From the NCBI RefSeq assembly GCF_009914755.1, contig NC_060948.1: a stretch of DNA of 64,000 bases. One strand, given 5' to 3'. Shown here one piece after another: positions 39,261-61,380 of the stretch (position 1 is its first letter; every line of letters begins with the position of its first letter). The position numbers were made by a program, and so were the translations under genes. The notes beneath the pieces are model-generated. The model did not search any database and was not told the DNA's origin. It saw nothing but the letters and a program-made list of their open reading frames with translations. Source of the DNA: the human T2T-CHM13v2.0 reference genome, Homo sapiens.

Positions 39261-39895
39261 TAATACACTTAGTCAGATAACAAAAAAACAGCAATTTCAC
39301 CAGTTACGCTCCTTTTCATACTCCAGAGATGAAGGATAATATTCACTAGCCTATATAATATTCTAAGTCTTGAATGTCAAATAACATAACATAGGTGATT
39401 GTGTTAAATGTCAGAGTATTTAAGGAATAATTATGTTGCAATATACAGGCCAGCGTGCATTTGTTGCTGCTGGAGTAGTCAAGTTTTATTTCTGACAAGT
39501 CTTCAGTTCCAGGGAGCCTCTCCCTGGCTGAGTAACTCTCACCCATTCATCTTTCAGGGAGAGTTTGCTGTGCATCCCAAGTATCTTAGAATTGGGTAGA
39601 AGTTTAGCTTTAATTAGTTTGACCTTGAGTCTAGCAACAGGAGAAGGAACAGGCAGCGAAGAGGCTGTGAATGATGTCCCAGCAGCAGGAGACAGGGAGT
39701 GTCATTATCATTCCTGGTCTTCTCACAGTACTCTGAATACAGAGAGTGAGGAAGATTAGGGGGTCGTGTCTGCTGACCCCCTGATGATCTCAGACCCTCT
39801 CTGCTCTTTCTGGATGGTGACCTGTTAATTCTGGCATATTATTACTGATAATATATTTATCCTTTTCACTGTGATTTGCCCAATTGTTGCTTTAG

Positions 39896-39980
39896 CACTG
39901 GACCTTGTCAAGAAGTTGTTGGTAGTGGATCCAAAGGCACGTTTTATGACAGAAGAAGCCTTAAGACACCGTGTCTTCAG
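39896..39980 (+). pseudogene. CHEK2P: CHEK2 exon 13-like (NM_007194 numbering): [24 protein letters not shown] then frameshift; 85 nt vs 86 in the parent
   Basis: ctttAG acceptor; CAG|GTGGGT donor. Confidence 0.95.
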
Positions 39981-40150
39981 GTGGGTGTGGGACAGTGCCT
40001 GCAAGCATAAAATACATGGGAAGCCCTGCTGCCTGAAAGACATGAGACAGAGGACAGAAACATGTTTAGTCTGTTTAATCTAATTGTTTTAGATGTACGG
40101 GGGGTATCTTGGAGGACGGGTTACAACCTGTATTTTTTTTTCTTTTTTGA

Positions 40151-40258
<108 letters not shown>

Positions 40259-40916
40259 TAGCTGGGATTAAAGGTGCATGCTACGAAGCCCAACTACTTT
40301 TTGTGTTTTTTGTAGAGATGGGGTTTCGCCGTGTTGGCCAGGCTACAATCTTTTTGATGTTACTCATGGCTGTTGGATGTACAAGCTCAATTTATGTCCT
40401 GTTCTGGTTCCACTTGGCTGTCCCAAGTCTTCAGTCTGGCCTGTGTTCTTTTGAGGGCTTGTTCTGGCTCTACCCCCAGCCATGCCCACTGCTCTTCATA
40501 GGTGGGGTGCATTCCAGCCATCTTCAACTTTAAATCAGGGAAGTGGGGGAGGGGGAGGAGGGCAGCCTCCCTGGGGAGAATCCAGCTATTTCTCAAGCCC
40601 AAGTGACTGGGTATAAAGCTTCCCACTGCTTGTTCATTCCGGTGAGTAAATGTGTCCTTAGTGAAGGCCGTCACGTGCACCTTTCATCTGTGTTACTGCT
40701 GTGCTCCTGCTAGGGGTTGGGGTTGCCATTATTAAATGCTGACCTCATTTGGAACTGTCAAGAGTTGGAAGTACGTTTTGGCTTTGCTGGATTAATCTTT
40801 AGTTTTTGAATTAGCTACCCCATTGGGCAGGTTTTCTGATAGATGTTTGGTCTTCTGTAACGAGCAGTTCCATTCAACACAGCCATGTCCCTTTCTATTA
40901 ATTTTCTTTTGGTCTG

Positions 40917-41278
40917 TGTATCAGTCTGTTCTCACACTGCTATAAAGAACTGCCCAAGACTGGGTAATTTATAAAGAAAGGACGTTTAATTGACTCACAG
41001 CTCCACATGGCTGGGGAGGCCTCAGGAAACTTACAATCATGGTGGAAGGGGAAGAAGGCATGTCTTAATGGCAGCAGGTGAGAGAGCTTGTGAAGGAAGT
41101 GAAGGGCGAAGAGACTTTTATGAAACTGTCAGATCTCGTGAGAACTCACTATCACGAGAATAGCCTGGGGGAAACTGTCCCCATGAGCCAATCACCTCTC
41201 AATAGGTCCCTTTCTCAACACCTGGGGATTACAATTTGAGATGAGATTTGGGCAGGGACATAAAGCCAAACTGTATCA
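40917..41278 (-). mobile_element. MSTA/THE1D-like MaLR solo LTR
   Basis: tgtatcagtctgttctcacactgctataaag...aaactgtatca. Confidence 0.8.
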
Positions 41279-43645
41279 ATCCGTTTTCTGTGGAGATGGG
41301 GGACAGAACTGGTAGCTTGAGCTAGAGGCTGTTACTTGAGCTAAATGCTGTTTCTCTGGGGATTACTGGTCCAGGAACTCCTTGGGCAATCCAGCCTCAG
41401 CCCCGTACTTCTGGGACTCTAGGAAGACTGTCCCCATTCTCTGTTCTAATACTCTACACCTAACAGTTTTGCTCAGGCCAGCTCAGGTTGAGAACAACAA
41501 AAACTTAAAAAAAAAAAGACAGATATATGTGTTTTGGATGTTGCCCTGGAAACTACAGTCTCCCCAGAAGAAATCTGTCAGATGATTTAGCATTTAATAG
41601 ACCACACAGATTTGAGACAGCGGGACCCTGCAGGAAAGGGCTTTGGAAACAAAGGGTGCCTTTGCATGTGGGGATTTTAATTTTGATGAAAAAAAGAAAC
41701 ATGTCTTTTGGCTCTTTTCATGTGTCCTAATAGGGAAATTCTCGGGTCTAAATGTAGAGGTACAGGAGCTGTGTTCATCCCTAGCAAAAAACAGAGCTGG
41801 CCTGTTGAGCCTGGGAACAGGGTTTGCATCTGCCTGAAATTTATGAGCAAGGGTAGCCCATTTTTCTTGTATTTCGTCTCAAATAAAACTTATTAACAAC
41901 CAAGGAGAAGGTGAAGTTCAACTCTGTTGCAGGATCTCCCTGGAATACTCTTTTAGCCACCTTTTGTTTTTGCAGTAAAAGGAGGAATGAGCATTGAATG
42001 AAGACAAGGATGAAGACTGACCATCTAAAACATCTGTTAGTGATAGTTTGGGTTTTATTTTGGGAAAATTCAGTGTTTTCGCAAAAAACAAATGGTTTTG
42101 TGGGTCTGGAGCTGGACTGAGTGTTGGGAATGTGGATTCTTGTTTCTGTTTTGTCATTAACACAGTGCCCAATTTTGGGAGCATCCCTTACATCTACTGT
42201 CTGCCTCATATTTACTGCCTGAAATAGACGATTTCTTCTGTTTGCTTTCAAGGGATATTATAATTTAATTTTTATTTTATTTATTGTTCGAGACAAGGTC
42301 TTCTTCTATTGCCTAAACTGGAGTGCACTGGTGCAATTATAGCTCACTGCAGCCTCGACCTCCTGGTCTTAAGGGATCCTCCCGCCTCAGCCTCACAAAG
42401 TGCTTGGATAATAGGCACGAGCCACTGTTCCTGACTAATTTAATATTTTGGAATAATTGTAGACATCATGAAGAAAATCAATGTTTATTTATTTATTTCC
42501 TTTTTTGAGATGGAGTCTCGCTTTTGTCTACCAGGCTGGAGTGCAACGGTGTGATCTCAACTCACTGCAACCTCCACCTCTGGGTTCAAGTGATTCTATT
42601 GCATCAGCCTCCCAAGTGGCTGGAATTACAGGTGCCTGCCACCATGCCCAGTTCATTTTTGTATTTTTAGTAGAGATGAGGTTTCACCGTGTTGGTCAGA
42701 CTAGTCTCAAACTCCTGACCTCAGGTGATCCACCCACCTTGGCCTCCCAAAGTGCTGGGATTCCAGGCATGAGCCACTGAGCCTGACCTGATTACTTGTT
42801 TTAAATATAGGCCTGATTAGGCTTGTGACCACTCTGTTTGGCTTTACTGAAGGTCTGCCAAGAGATGGACTTTTGAGAGTGACACTGCAAGATAATTGAG
42901 ATCCAAAGTAAGGCCGTGAGAGGGTGCGGAGAGGAATCCAGATGAGCTTGCTGCTGTCAAATTGCAATGGGGAGCTACACTGTGAAACTCAAAACAGAGT
43001 GACCTCAAGAGATATGCCCTGCCTTCGCCTCCCAAAGTGCTGGGATTACAGGCATGAACCACTGTGCCTGGTCCTCCTTTCCTTCTTTCTTTCTTCCTCC
43101 TTCCTTCCCCCTCCCCTCTCCTCCATTTCTTTCCTCTCCCCTCTTTCATCCCCCCTCCCTTTTTCCTTCCTTGTTTCTTTCCTTCCTTCCTTCCTCAGGG
43201 TCTTCTTTGCTCACCTAGGCTGGAGTGCAGTGGCATGATCACTGCACCATGACTTTCAGGCTCAAGTGTTCCTCCTGCCCCAGCCTCCCAAGTAGCTGAG
43301 ACTACAGGTGCATGCCACCATGTCTGGCTAATTTAATTTTTTTTTTTTTTTTTGGAGACAGAGTCTTACTCTTTTGCCCAGGCTGGAGTGCAGTGGTGTG
43401 ATCCTGGCTTACTGCAACCTCCACCTCTTGAGTTCAAGTGATTCTCCTTCCTCAGCCTCCTGAGTAGCTGGGATTACAGGCATGCACTACCACGCCTGGC
43501 TAATTTTGTATTTTAGGTAGAGACGGGGATTCACCATGTTAGCCAGGCTGATCTCAAACTTCTGACCTCAGGTGATTTGCCTGCCTTGGCCTCCCAAAGT
43601 GCTGAGATTACCAGCGTGAGCCTCTGTGCCTGGACTAATGTTTAA

Positions 43646-43903
<258 letters not shown>

Positions 43904-44596
43904 TGAGGCATTGGAATCAGATAACTCTGGGTCTGTATTCTGCACATGCCACCTGTGAGTGGCTGAGCTGGCCTTCTGGCCAACACTCAAAGGCCACATT
44001 CCTAGTTATAGATGTTCCTTTCACCTTGCTGAAGATGGGAAGAGCTGCACCAGACCACCTCTCAGGGTTTCCTAATGCAAATCCTTGAACCCTGCAGCAG
44101 TAAGCATCTAGAGAGGTGGGAGCTACTGGTATACACACTGTCTGTGCCCTCCTCATCTCCCGCTCCTGCAGCATGAAACACCTGTAATGCTTTGGTCTGT
44201 TTATTGTCTCCCTTTCTCATTAGACCTGAGCTCTGGGATATTGGGGGCTTAAGTACTTCTGAAAATTTTTATGGCATCTGCTGTGTGAATTTTCCTAGGG
44301 TGCTGGGCTGGTTGTTAGGACAGCCTGGGTGACTGGCCTCATTCATGGCAAGGGCAGCAGGTGGAGAGTGGTCCTGGAAGGATTTTAGGATTTGCATGGA
44401 GTCAGGCCCAGCCCCTGGCCCCCTTATTGTCACCTTTCTCAGGATCTGGGATGCTAATTCAGAAACTCTTGACATCTGGAGGCTGTGATTGACCCACTGA
44501 GAGCTTTTAGGCATGTGGATGTGAGTCAGCCAGGATTGATGGAGCATTGACCGCTAATTGGACTCCTCTGGGAAGGTAGAGGGGGGCAACACATAA

Positions 44597-44872
<276 letters not shown>

Positions 44873-45281
44873 TGATAAGCAAAGATGATGAAATTCAAGA
44901 TTTTCCTGAGCAGCAATTGCTTAACATTGTTTCAGTTATAAGGTAGTAGAAACTCTGTTTGAACTTGATTCACTCCAGCACCCTTAGATTTTAAAATGCA
45001 GGATATGTTTAATGTCTAACACATAATAGACAGATAAGCACAGCTAGGGATTGTCATCCAAAAGGTCACCTGCAAGGCAATTTTGAAATACTCTATTAGA
45101 GGCTCAAATATAAATTTGTTGGAAAAATTAAAATTTGGGTCAGTAGTTGATTCCTTGATTACAATTTTATTCTTTAAAGTTCTTTGTGAGTATAAGTTAA
45201 TTCCAGTCCTGCTTTTTTGTTGTTGTTGTTGTTGAATGGTAGCTGTCCTTTTTCCCACTGTTTCCTCCCCGCCACCCCTGA

Positions 45282-45509
<228 letters not shown>

Positions 45510-45937
45510 TGAAGCGTCCTGCCCACCTCGGCTTCCCAAAGTGCTGGGATTACAGGTGTGAGTCACCACACCCAGCCTTCCTCCCAATTTTGTATATGGG
45601 AAAACAACTAAAGCACAAAGGTTGTCTTCCCGCAAAAGACCAAGACTTGGGGCTTCAACTGAGAGGTATTGTAGTCCTTTTAAACTTGATATTTAGAAGA
45701 GGATGATCCAGAGGAAGTTGGTTATGCTACTTGCTTTCAGTAAACATCATTCAGGTGTCAGAAGCCATAGGGAGAGAAATATCTATTAGATAAGCATGTC
45801 TGAGTTGAGGGCTGTGGTGAAGACTCAGTTGTCAATGATGACAACCAGTAATTTTTGGTACTAGAATTTCACGTCAAATACCTCCACTTTACTGGAAGTA
45901 CATTGAGGAACTTTGACAATCTTAAAGAATCCAGTGA

Positions 45938-46066
<129 letters not shown>

Positions 46067-47814
46067 ACTCCGTGGTTTGAACATGAAAGAAATGTACCTT
46101 CTTTCACTCTGTCATCTTTCTTTTCTTTGAGTCTGTTTTTTATAGTTTGTATTTTAATTATGGGAATAATTGCTTTTTCACAGTCACTGATGTATAATTA
46201 AAAACCTGATGGAACCTGGGCTTTGTTCTTCTGCTTGATAATCAGTTCTTTAGTTGAATGGCTTTATTATTTATTTATTTATTTGAGATGGAGTCTCACC
46301 CTGTTGCCCAGCCTGAAGTGTAGTGGTGCAAGCTTGGCTCACTGAAACCTCTGCTTCCCAGGTTCAAGCAATTCTCGTGCCTCAGCCTCCTGAGTAGCTG
46401 GGATTACAGGTATGCACCACCATGCCAAGCTAATTTTTATATTTTTTTGTACAGACAGGGTTTTGCCATCTTGGCCAGCCTCGTCTTGAACTTCTGACCT
46501 CAGGTGATCTGCCTGCCTCGGTCTCTTAAAGTGTTGGGATTACACATGTGAGCCACTGTGCCTAGCCTGAATGGCTTTTTTATATTTAAAGTTGTTGTGT
46601 GCCTTTCATCTGGAGCTACACCTTGGTTATCACTAGGCAGGTTTCCCAGGATGTCAGCCTGGTCTCAGCCTGTGAGAGCTGAATACAAATTCTAAGGGCC
46701 CCTTGGAAAGTTCCAGGGAAAGGAGCATAGCGAGGTTGGGGGTGGAGTTTGTAGAGACTGGCTGGCTGGCTGCTGACATCTTCATGAGAACAGCAGGTAC
46801 CTTGATGCATAATAACAGGCCAGGTTATATTCTCATCCTTGCCCTCATAAAGATACAGGTCTACAGTCTCTGAAAACTTTGGGCTAGATAAGTTGTGAAA
46901 TTTAATTACCCAATTTTAGGAAGGTGGTAAGGCATATCTACTATGTGTATGTGTAGCACCCCAGTGGAGTCCTACACATGTGGAGTCCTACCCCAGTGGA
47001 GACCAAACATGTTAATATTTCCACAGCAAATATTCACAGTAAGAGGGATAGAAAAAGATTATAGGTATTTGCATGTTGATTCATATCAGCCTTTTCTTCC
47101 AAATGAGCTACAATGACTCATTTTTGAGAGCTGTTTGGGTTTTGGAAGTGGAGATAAGGCATGGGTATGTCTTCTTGACCCAATAATGACTGGGGAGGCC
47201 CTGTGAAAAGACTTACCCTTGGCTGCTCTTGTCCTCATAGTGATTCTATGAATGAGGTCCTCTAGCCACTGTCATGTCACAGGTGAGGAAACCAAAGTTG
47301 GAGGATGAAGGTAACTTTTCTGATGTCGTGCAGCTGGTAAAGGGCAGAGCTGGGACCCAACCCAGGTCTTTTTGACTCTAAAACTTATGTTCATTATTGT
47401 CCACTGAATCTGCTTTTATAATTTTGCTTGGTTGATGCTAGGGCACTTTGTAGCTCGCTGGCCATGCCATGAATTGAGTGCTGTGGTTCAAAGACCACTG
47501 GCAACTCAGTCAAGGCAGGCTCAAGCCGTACACAGCCATTTCCTTAGGAAATGGGGATGGTGGTTGGAAATTTCTATTAAAGGGTATATAAGCATTCTGA
47601 GACTTGGCTGGCCTGGTGTAGGCGGTTTGTTGGGAATTTAGGTGGTTTGCATGTTTAAAGGAATAAGGCTGAGATTGCCAGTCAGATAGGTTTTAGCTCA
47701 TTTGAATATTTAATGTGGAGGCTGTGGTTTCCTGGGACTTTTTTCCCACTGTAGAGAGTTAGCCAGATTTTCTCTCTTTCTTTTTCTTTTTTCTTTTTTT
47801 TTTTTTTAAATTGA

Positions 47815-48066
<252 letters not shown>

Positions 48067-48146
48067 TAGAGGCATGAGCTACCATGCCTGGCCACCTTCT
48101 CTGTTTCCAGAGCATTTTGTATTAACTCCTTCTCATGATATCTTCC

Positions 48147-49300
48147 ATGGCAGGCTGAATAATGGCCCCTCCAAAGTGTCCTCAACTTAATCCCCGGAAT
48201 CTGTGACTATGTTCCATGAAAAAAGGGACTTTGCAGATGTGATTAAGCATCTTGAGATGGGAACTTATCCTATGTTGCCTGTGGGTCCAGTGTCCCATCA
48301 CAGTGCTCTTTTTTTTTTTTTTCGAGACGGAGTTTTTTGCTCTTGGTGCCCAGGCTGGAGTGTAATGGCACAATCTCGATTCGCTGCAACTCCACCTCCC
48401 AAGGTTCAAGCGATTCTCTTGCCTCAGCCTTCCGAGTAGCTGGATTACAGGCGCTCGCCAACATGCCCAACTAATTTTTGTTTTTCCAGTAGAGATGGGG
48501 TTTCACCATGTTGGCCAGGCTAGTCTTGAACTCCTGACCGCGTGATCTGCCCACCTTGACTTCCCAAAGTGCTGGGATTACATGCGTGAGCCACCACATC
48601 CAGCCTACTGTGCTCTTTTAAGAGGGACTCAGCAGTCAGGGGAGATGGCAATGCGATGATGACTGTCTTAGTCTTTTTTGTATTGCTATGCAATATCTGA
48701 GACTGGGTAATTTATAAAGAACAGGTTTATTTCTTACAGTTCTGGAGGCTGGGAATGTCAAGATCAAGGGGCCAGCTTCTGGTGAGGGTCTTCTTGTTGT
48801 GTCATCCCATGATGGAAGGTATCACATCAAGAGAGAAAGGGGGCTGAACTCAATCATTTTATTAGCAACCCATCCCATGATAATTAACCCTCTGCTGAGA
48901 TAACATCATTACTCTATTAATGAGGGCAGATCTTTCATGACCTAATCTCTTAAAGGTCCCGCCTCTCAACACTGTTGCATTGGAGATTAAATTTCCAACA
49001 CATGAACTTCGGGGGACACATTCAAACCATAGCACTGTGCAGAGATTGGAGTGGTGTGCTTTAAAAATGGAGGAAAGGGCCACAATTCAGGGTATATAGG
49101 TAACCACTAAAAGCAGAAAAAGGAAAGAAAACGGGTTTTTCCTTCAGAACCTCCTGAAGGAATCAGTCCTTTACAACTTGACTATAGTCAAGTGAAACTG
49201 ATTTGAGGCTTCTGACATATAGAACAATAAGATATTAAGTCTGTGTTGATGTAAGCCAATCAGTTCGTGGTAATTTGTTACAGCAGCCATAGAAAACTAA
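48147..49300 (+). mobile_element. MLT1-like LTR interrupted by an Alu and by an MST/MLT1A LTR (48664-49034, minus)
   Basis: ggcaggctgaataatggcccc start; tacagcagccatagaaaactaat end; nested tgtcttagtc...aaaccatagca. Confidence 0.65.
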
Positions 49301-49428
49301 TTGACTCATCAATGGGAGAAATCAGTTGCTGGTTGAAGGCTACCAAACACCTACTTCCTTTCCTAAGGTCACTTTAATTTTATCTTGGAGGAATTATTTT
49401 CCCTATCCCATTAAGTTATGGGAGATGG

Positions 49429-49837
<409 letters not shown>

Positions 49838-50919
49838 CTAGATAGAAGTGTGTGTAGGACTTTGAAACATGAACAAATGGAGCTGGGATGGCAATGGCGG
49901 GAACAATATTGTGCTAATCTGAACTCTGCACTTCCTAAATTTGGCTCTGGGTAAATTACCTCAAATTGCTGAGCCTTTGTTTCCATATTTATAAAATGGG
50001 TGCGGTAAGAGTACCAACCTCTTCTATGCTGTCTGGAGGAGTCAGGTCCATAAGGTAACTGGCATGTGGTAAGAGATTCGTGAATGTTGGCTTCTATCAT
50101 TAAGGGTGGGGGAGCCACATAAGTAGCCAGAGGGAGTCATAGAAAGTTCTTGAGCCAGAGAAGTAAGATAATCTTTTCAGCTTTTTGTGCAGCAAAGAAA
50201 GCGGATAATTTGCTTGCCTTTGACCAAGCAAATTTGGGATGTGCCAGGCATGGGGTGAATGGTGGGAACCCAAGTAGAGGGATATTTCTCATTGACTGAA
50301 TTAACTGTGACTCCGTATTGCGGAGCAGCCAGGTTGCTTCATGGTGGACCTACTGCATGCCTACATGATGGTGCCGTGGATAGCTCTTGTTTGTGCCAGC
50401 CCTGTAATTGATACTTCCTGTGGTAATTGCATCCCTATTTTTCAGAAGGAAGCATCCCTCCTCCCAATTTCTGGTTTTCCCCATGTCCTTCTGGAGGGAA
50501 TGACCCCAACCGCTTCCTGAAGGGGCTTCATGAAAGCCAGGTCTGGCCAGGCTGGATGTGGTGATTGGCTCAGGCAGGGGCATGTGGCCCAAATGGGTCC
50601 AGAGAAAGTCAGTCCTGGGACTTTGGCTGGAACTATTGGGGAACAGCCTCTGCTTTCTTGGGCAGATGTGAGTTAGGAGCTGCTCAGGTCACTATGTGGA
50701 AAGAACTGCATGAGAATGAAGTAATCAAAGGGAAGCAAGCACTGAGATATTAGAGAGACTTATCTTGTATAAGTGCCTGTATCCAGCTATGCCTGAAATG
50801 AGGTGCCACCCCAGGCCTTTTCATTCATGCTATCAGTTTTGTTCCTTTTTTCTGTTTTACTCTTGGTGGAGTTATTATTTTTTCCTTGTTACCTGAATAA
50901 GAAAAATACCAAACTAGAA

Positions 50920-54370
<3,451 letters not shown>

Positions 54371-54695
54371 AAAAAACAGACTAGTAAATGCACCCAGTTA
54401 CAAATTCCAAGAGACTCTTGAAGATTATTTTTGTTAGTAGGGAAAACATTCTCTATTTTTCTGCCAACTTTAGGGTTTTCAGAGAAGTTTGGCGGAGAGA
54501 AAGGAAAACAATGATGTGAGAAGAAAGAGTCCTTGCAGCCCCAAGTTGGGTGAACTCTTCCCAGCTACTTATACCACAGGGTTTTGGGAGAAGAGCCCCT
54601 TCCATTAAACTTTTAGGAGTCTTGGATGGATAGGGTGGGAATTACACCAGTGAAACTCAGCTTTGTGTGTGCCAGGCATTGGGCCCTGGGATATG

Positions 54696-56147
<1,452 letters not shown>

Positions 56148-56451
56148 ATACAGTCATCATCTCAATGAAAGCTCAGTCAACCCTGTGAAGTGCTACTGCC
56201 ACACTCCCCTTTTGCACATGTAGAAGTCAAGGATCTTTGGCTCCTCTGAGTGACTTGTTCAAGGTTTCTCAGTTTCCGAGCGATGGAGGCGGGACTTGAA
56301 TTGAGATTTCCCTTTCTTGAGAACCTGTGGTCCTTAACCATTAAAACCACTTAAGAGGTCTTCTCTCTTGATCACTACCTACTAAGAGCTAGGTGTGGTG
56401 CTGAGGCATTCTCTTGATTATCATATTGAGTCTTTAGATTTAGGAGAAACA

Positions 56452-56744
56452 GGCTGAGCGTGCTGGCTCATGCCTGTAATCTCAGCACTTTGGGAGGCTG
56501 AGGCAGGAGGATCACGAGGTCAGGAGATGGAGACCATCCTGGCTAACACGGTGAAACCCCACCTCTACTAAAAAGACAAAAATTAGCAGGCGGTGGCGGG
56601 CGCCTGTAGTCTCAGCTGCTCAGGAGGCTGAGGCAGCAAAATGGCATGATCCCGGGAGGTGGAGCTTGCAGTGAGCCGAGACTGTGCCACAGCACTCCAG
56701 CCTGGGTGACAGAGCGAGACTGTCTCAAAAAAAAAAAAAAAAAA
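56452..56744 (+). mobile_element. AluY-like with 16-bp TSD
   Basis: gagaccatcctggctaacacggtg and ggagcttgcagtgagccgag diagnostics; TSD agatttaggagaaaca at 56436-56451 and 56745-56760. Confidence 0.9.
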
Positions 56745-56849
56745 AGATTTAGGAGAAACAAGTCCCGAAGCCCTGACCCTAACACGCAAGGGTTAGTGGA
56801 GATGTGGGACTTGAACTCAGCTTTTCCTGTTGAGTCTGGCTGTCTCCGG

Positions 56850-57900
56850 GACGCAGGCACGTGCTTGCACACCTCCACGGTGGCGAACCCACCCCCTTAG
56901 TAGCGTCCTTAGCTCCGAACTTCTTGCGGGGAAGTTCCTCTTGGCCCAGACCCTCGTCCTAGGCCCCGCGTCGTGGGGGAAGCGAAAGGGGCATTGTGGG
57001 GAAGTGGCCGAGGTGTCGGGTCCGGGGTGGTCTGCAGAAGGGCAGGCAGCGGTGCGGAGCTGGGAACCACGCGCTCACCTGCCATGTCCGACAGGCCCGG
57101 CGGGGGTGGGCGAGACACTGGGAACAGCGGCCAGCTCCAGAGGGCTCGAGGCAGGGCTCGCGCGGAAGGGGGGGCGCACGCGGTTGTGGGGCAGTGAGGG
57201 TCGCCGTGGCGGCGCGCAGCACGGCGGGAACATGGCGGGCGGAACTGGCGCGCGCGGCTAGCTGGCGGGACCGTTAGCTCGAGGCGGACGTGGCCCGGAC
57301 CCTGTGGATATGGAGCAGTCGCCACCGCCCGCGCCCAAGCCTACCCAAGGGCTGACCCCCGCAAGGAGCTGAAGGCAGCGGGAGCCCGAGTCGTCGCTGG
57401 CTTCAGCGCCGGTGAGTGCGTGAAGGGCTCGGGCCGGGAGACTTTCTTTGTGAAACTCCGGTGGTGGGAGCCAGGCCAGGCCTCAGAGGCTGAGGAGCGC
57501 CTGTGAGGTGGAAGGCATCTCCCAGTCCGGGTTCTATCCCAGCCGCGAGCCGTCAGGCGGCGGGACCTGGTCCGCCGCCTGCCTGCCTCAGTTTCCACGG
57601 GAGTGTGTGTGGGTGTGTGTGGGTGTGTGAGGGTGTGTATGGGTGTTGGCCTGTGCACACCGGAGGGGGGGCTCGGTGTACAGTCGGCGCCTAATGCACG
57701 CAGCACCTCCCCTCTCCCCCCAGTCCCCGTGGGTCGGAACCTGGGGAATGGAGTCCACCGGAGCAGTAGGCGGCACCCGCGGGGAGACAGGTGTTGGCAC
57801 AGCCCGGGAGGCTCAGGTGCCACCTTTCCCGGGTGGGGTTTGTGAGGAGTGAGCTGTTCGTCCCCGGAGGTGAGCAAGACTGTCGGTGGCTCATCACAGA
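56850..57900. promoter_or_regulatory. CpG island; duplicated TTC28 promoter region
   Basis: Sharp rise in GC and CpG content around the TTC28-like first exon. Confidence 0.8.
57310..57411 (+). pseudogene. TTC28: TTC28 exon-1 copy: MEQSPPPAPKPTQGLTPARS*RQREPESSLASAP
   Basis: Matches the recalled TTC28 N-terminus (MEQSPPPAPEPTQGPTPARSRRRREPESPPASAP); GTGAGT donor at 57412; TGA at 57370-57372; same order and strand relative to CHEK2 as at 22q12.1. Confidence 0.88.
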
Positions 57901-58506
57901 GCGCTGTTTTGGAAAGTGTTCCACCCACCTCAGCTTCGTGCTGTGTTTGGGCCACTAGTCAGGGGGAAGGATGCTGAGAGACATGGACTTTAGAGGTGGG
58001 GCTCCCGCTGGACGGGATGGCTCTGGGCTCTCCAGCTTACCCCCACCCTTACCTCCCAAACCCGTTAGAGCGTAGGAATCATTGGGAGCACCTGATAAAA
58101 ATGCCTCGGATTGTGGCTCACCAAAGCAGGGAAGCCGATTTGGAACTTAAGCTCCCAAGTTGTGATCAGTCGAGCTTGGCAAGCACTGCTTTAGAGAGTA
58201 GGCTCCCTGCAAGCAGGAGCCGGTTTTGTGTATACCTTACCATGGCATCTTGGTACCTGGCATGATGCCTGGCACACGGTAGATGATCAGAAAATATCTG
58301 CAGAAAGTCTAAATTATTAGGGATAGTGCAACATAGGAGTTCTTGAGACATTTTCAGGAGCTTCTTGAGATTAATATCTGTCAGATTTGTTTTACAGTAT
58401 ATGATATTTCTCAGCTCCCAACTTTTGTGATTGTTTTTAATGCCATGTTTTCAGTATGTTCTAGGCAAAAGCAGGGTATATGTTGCTTAGTGTACACTAT
58501 CCACTA

Positions 58507-61379
<2,873 letters not shown>

Positions 61380-61380
<1 letters not shown>

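Noticed and set aside
56830-57955. Multiple 70-204-aa ORFs across the CpG island
   Set aside because: GC-content artefacts; the only recognisable coding frame (TTC28 exon 1) has a stop at codon 21.
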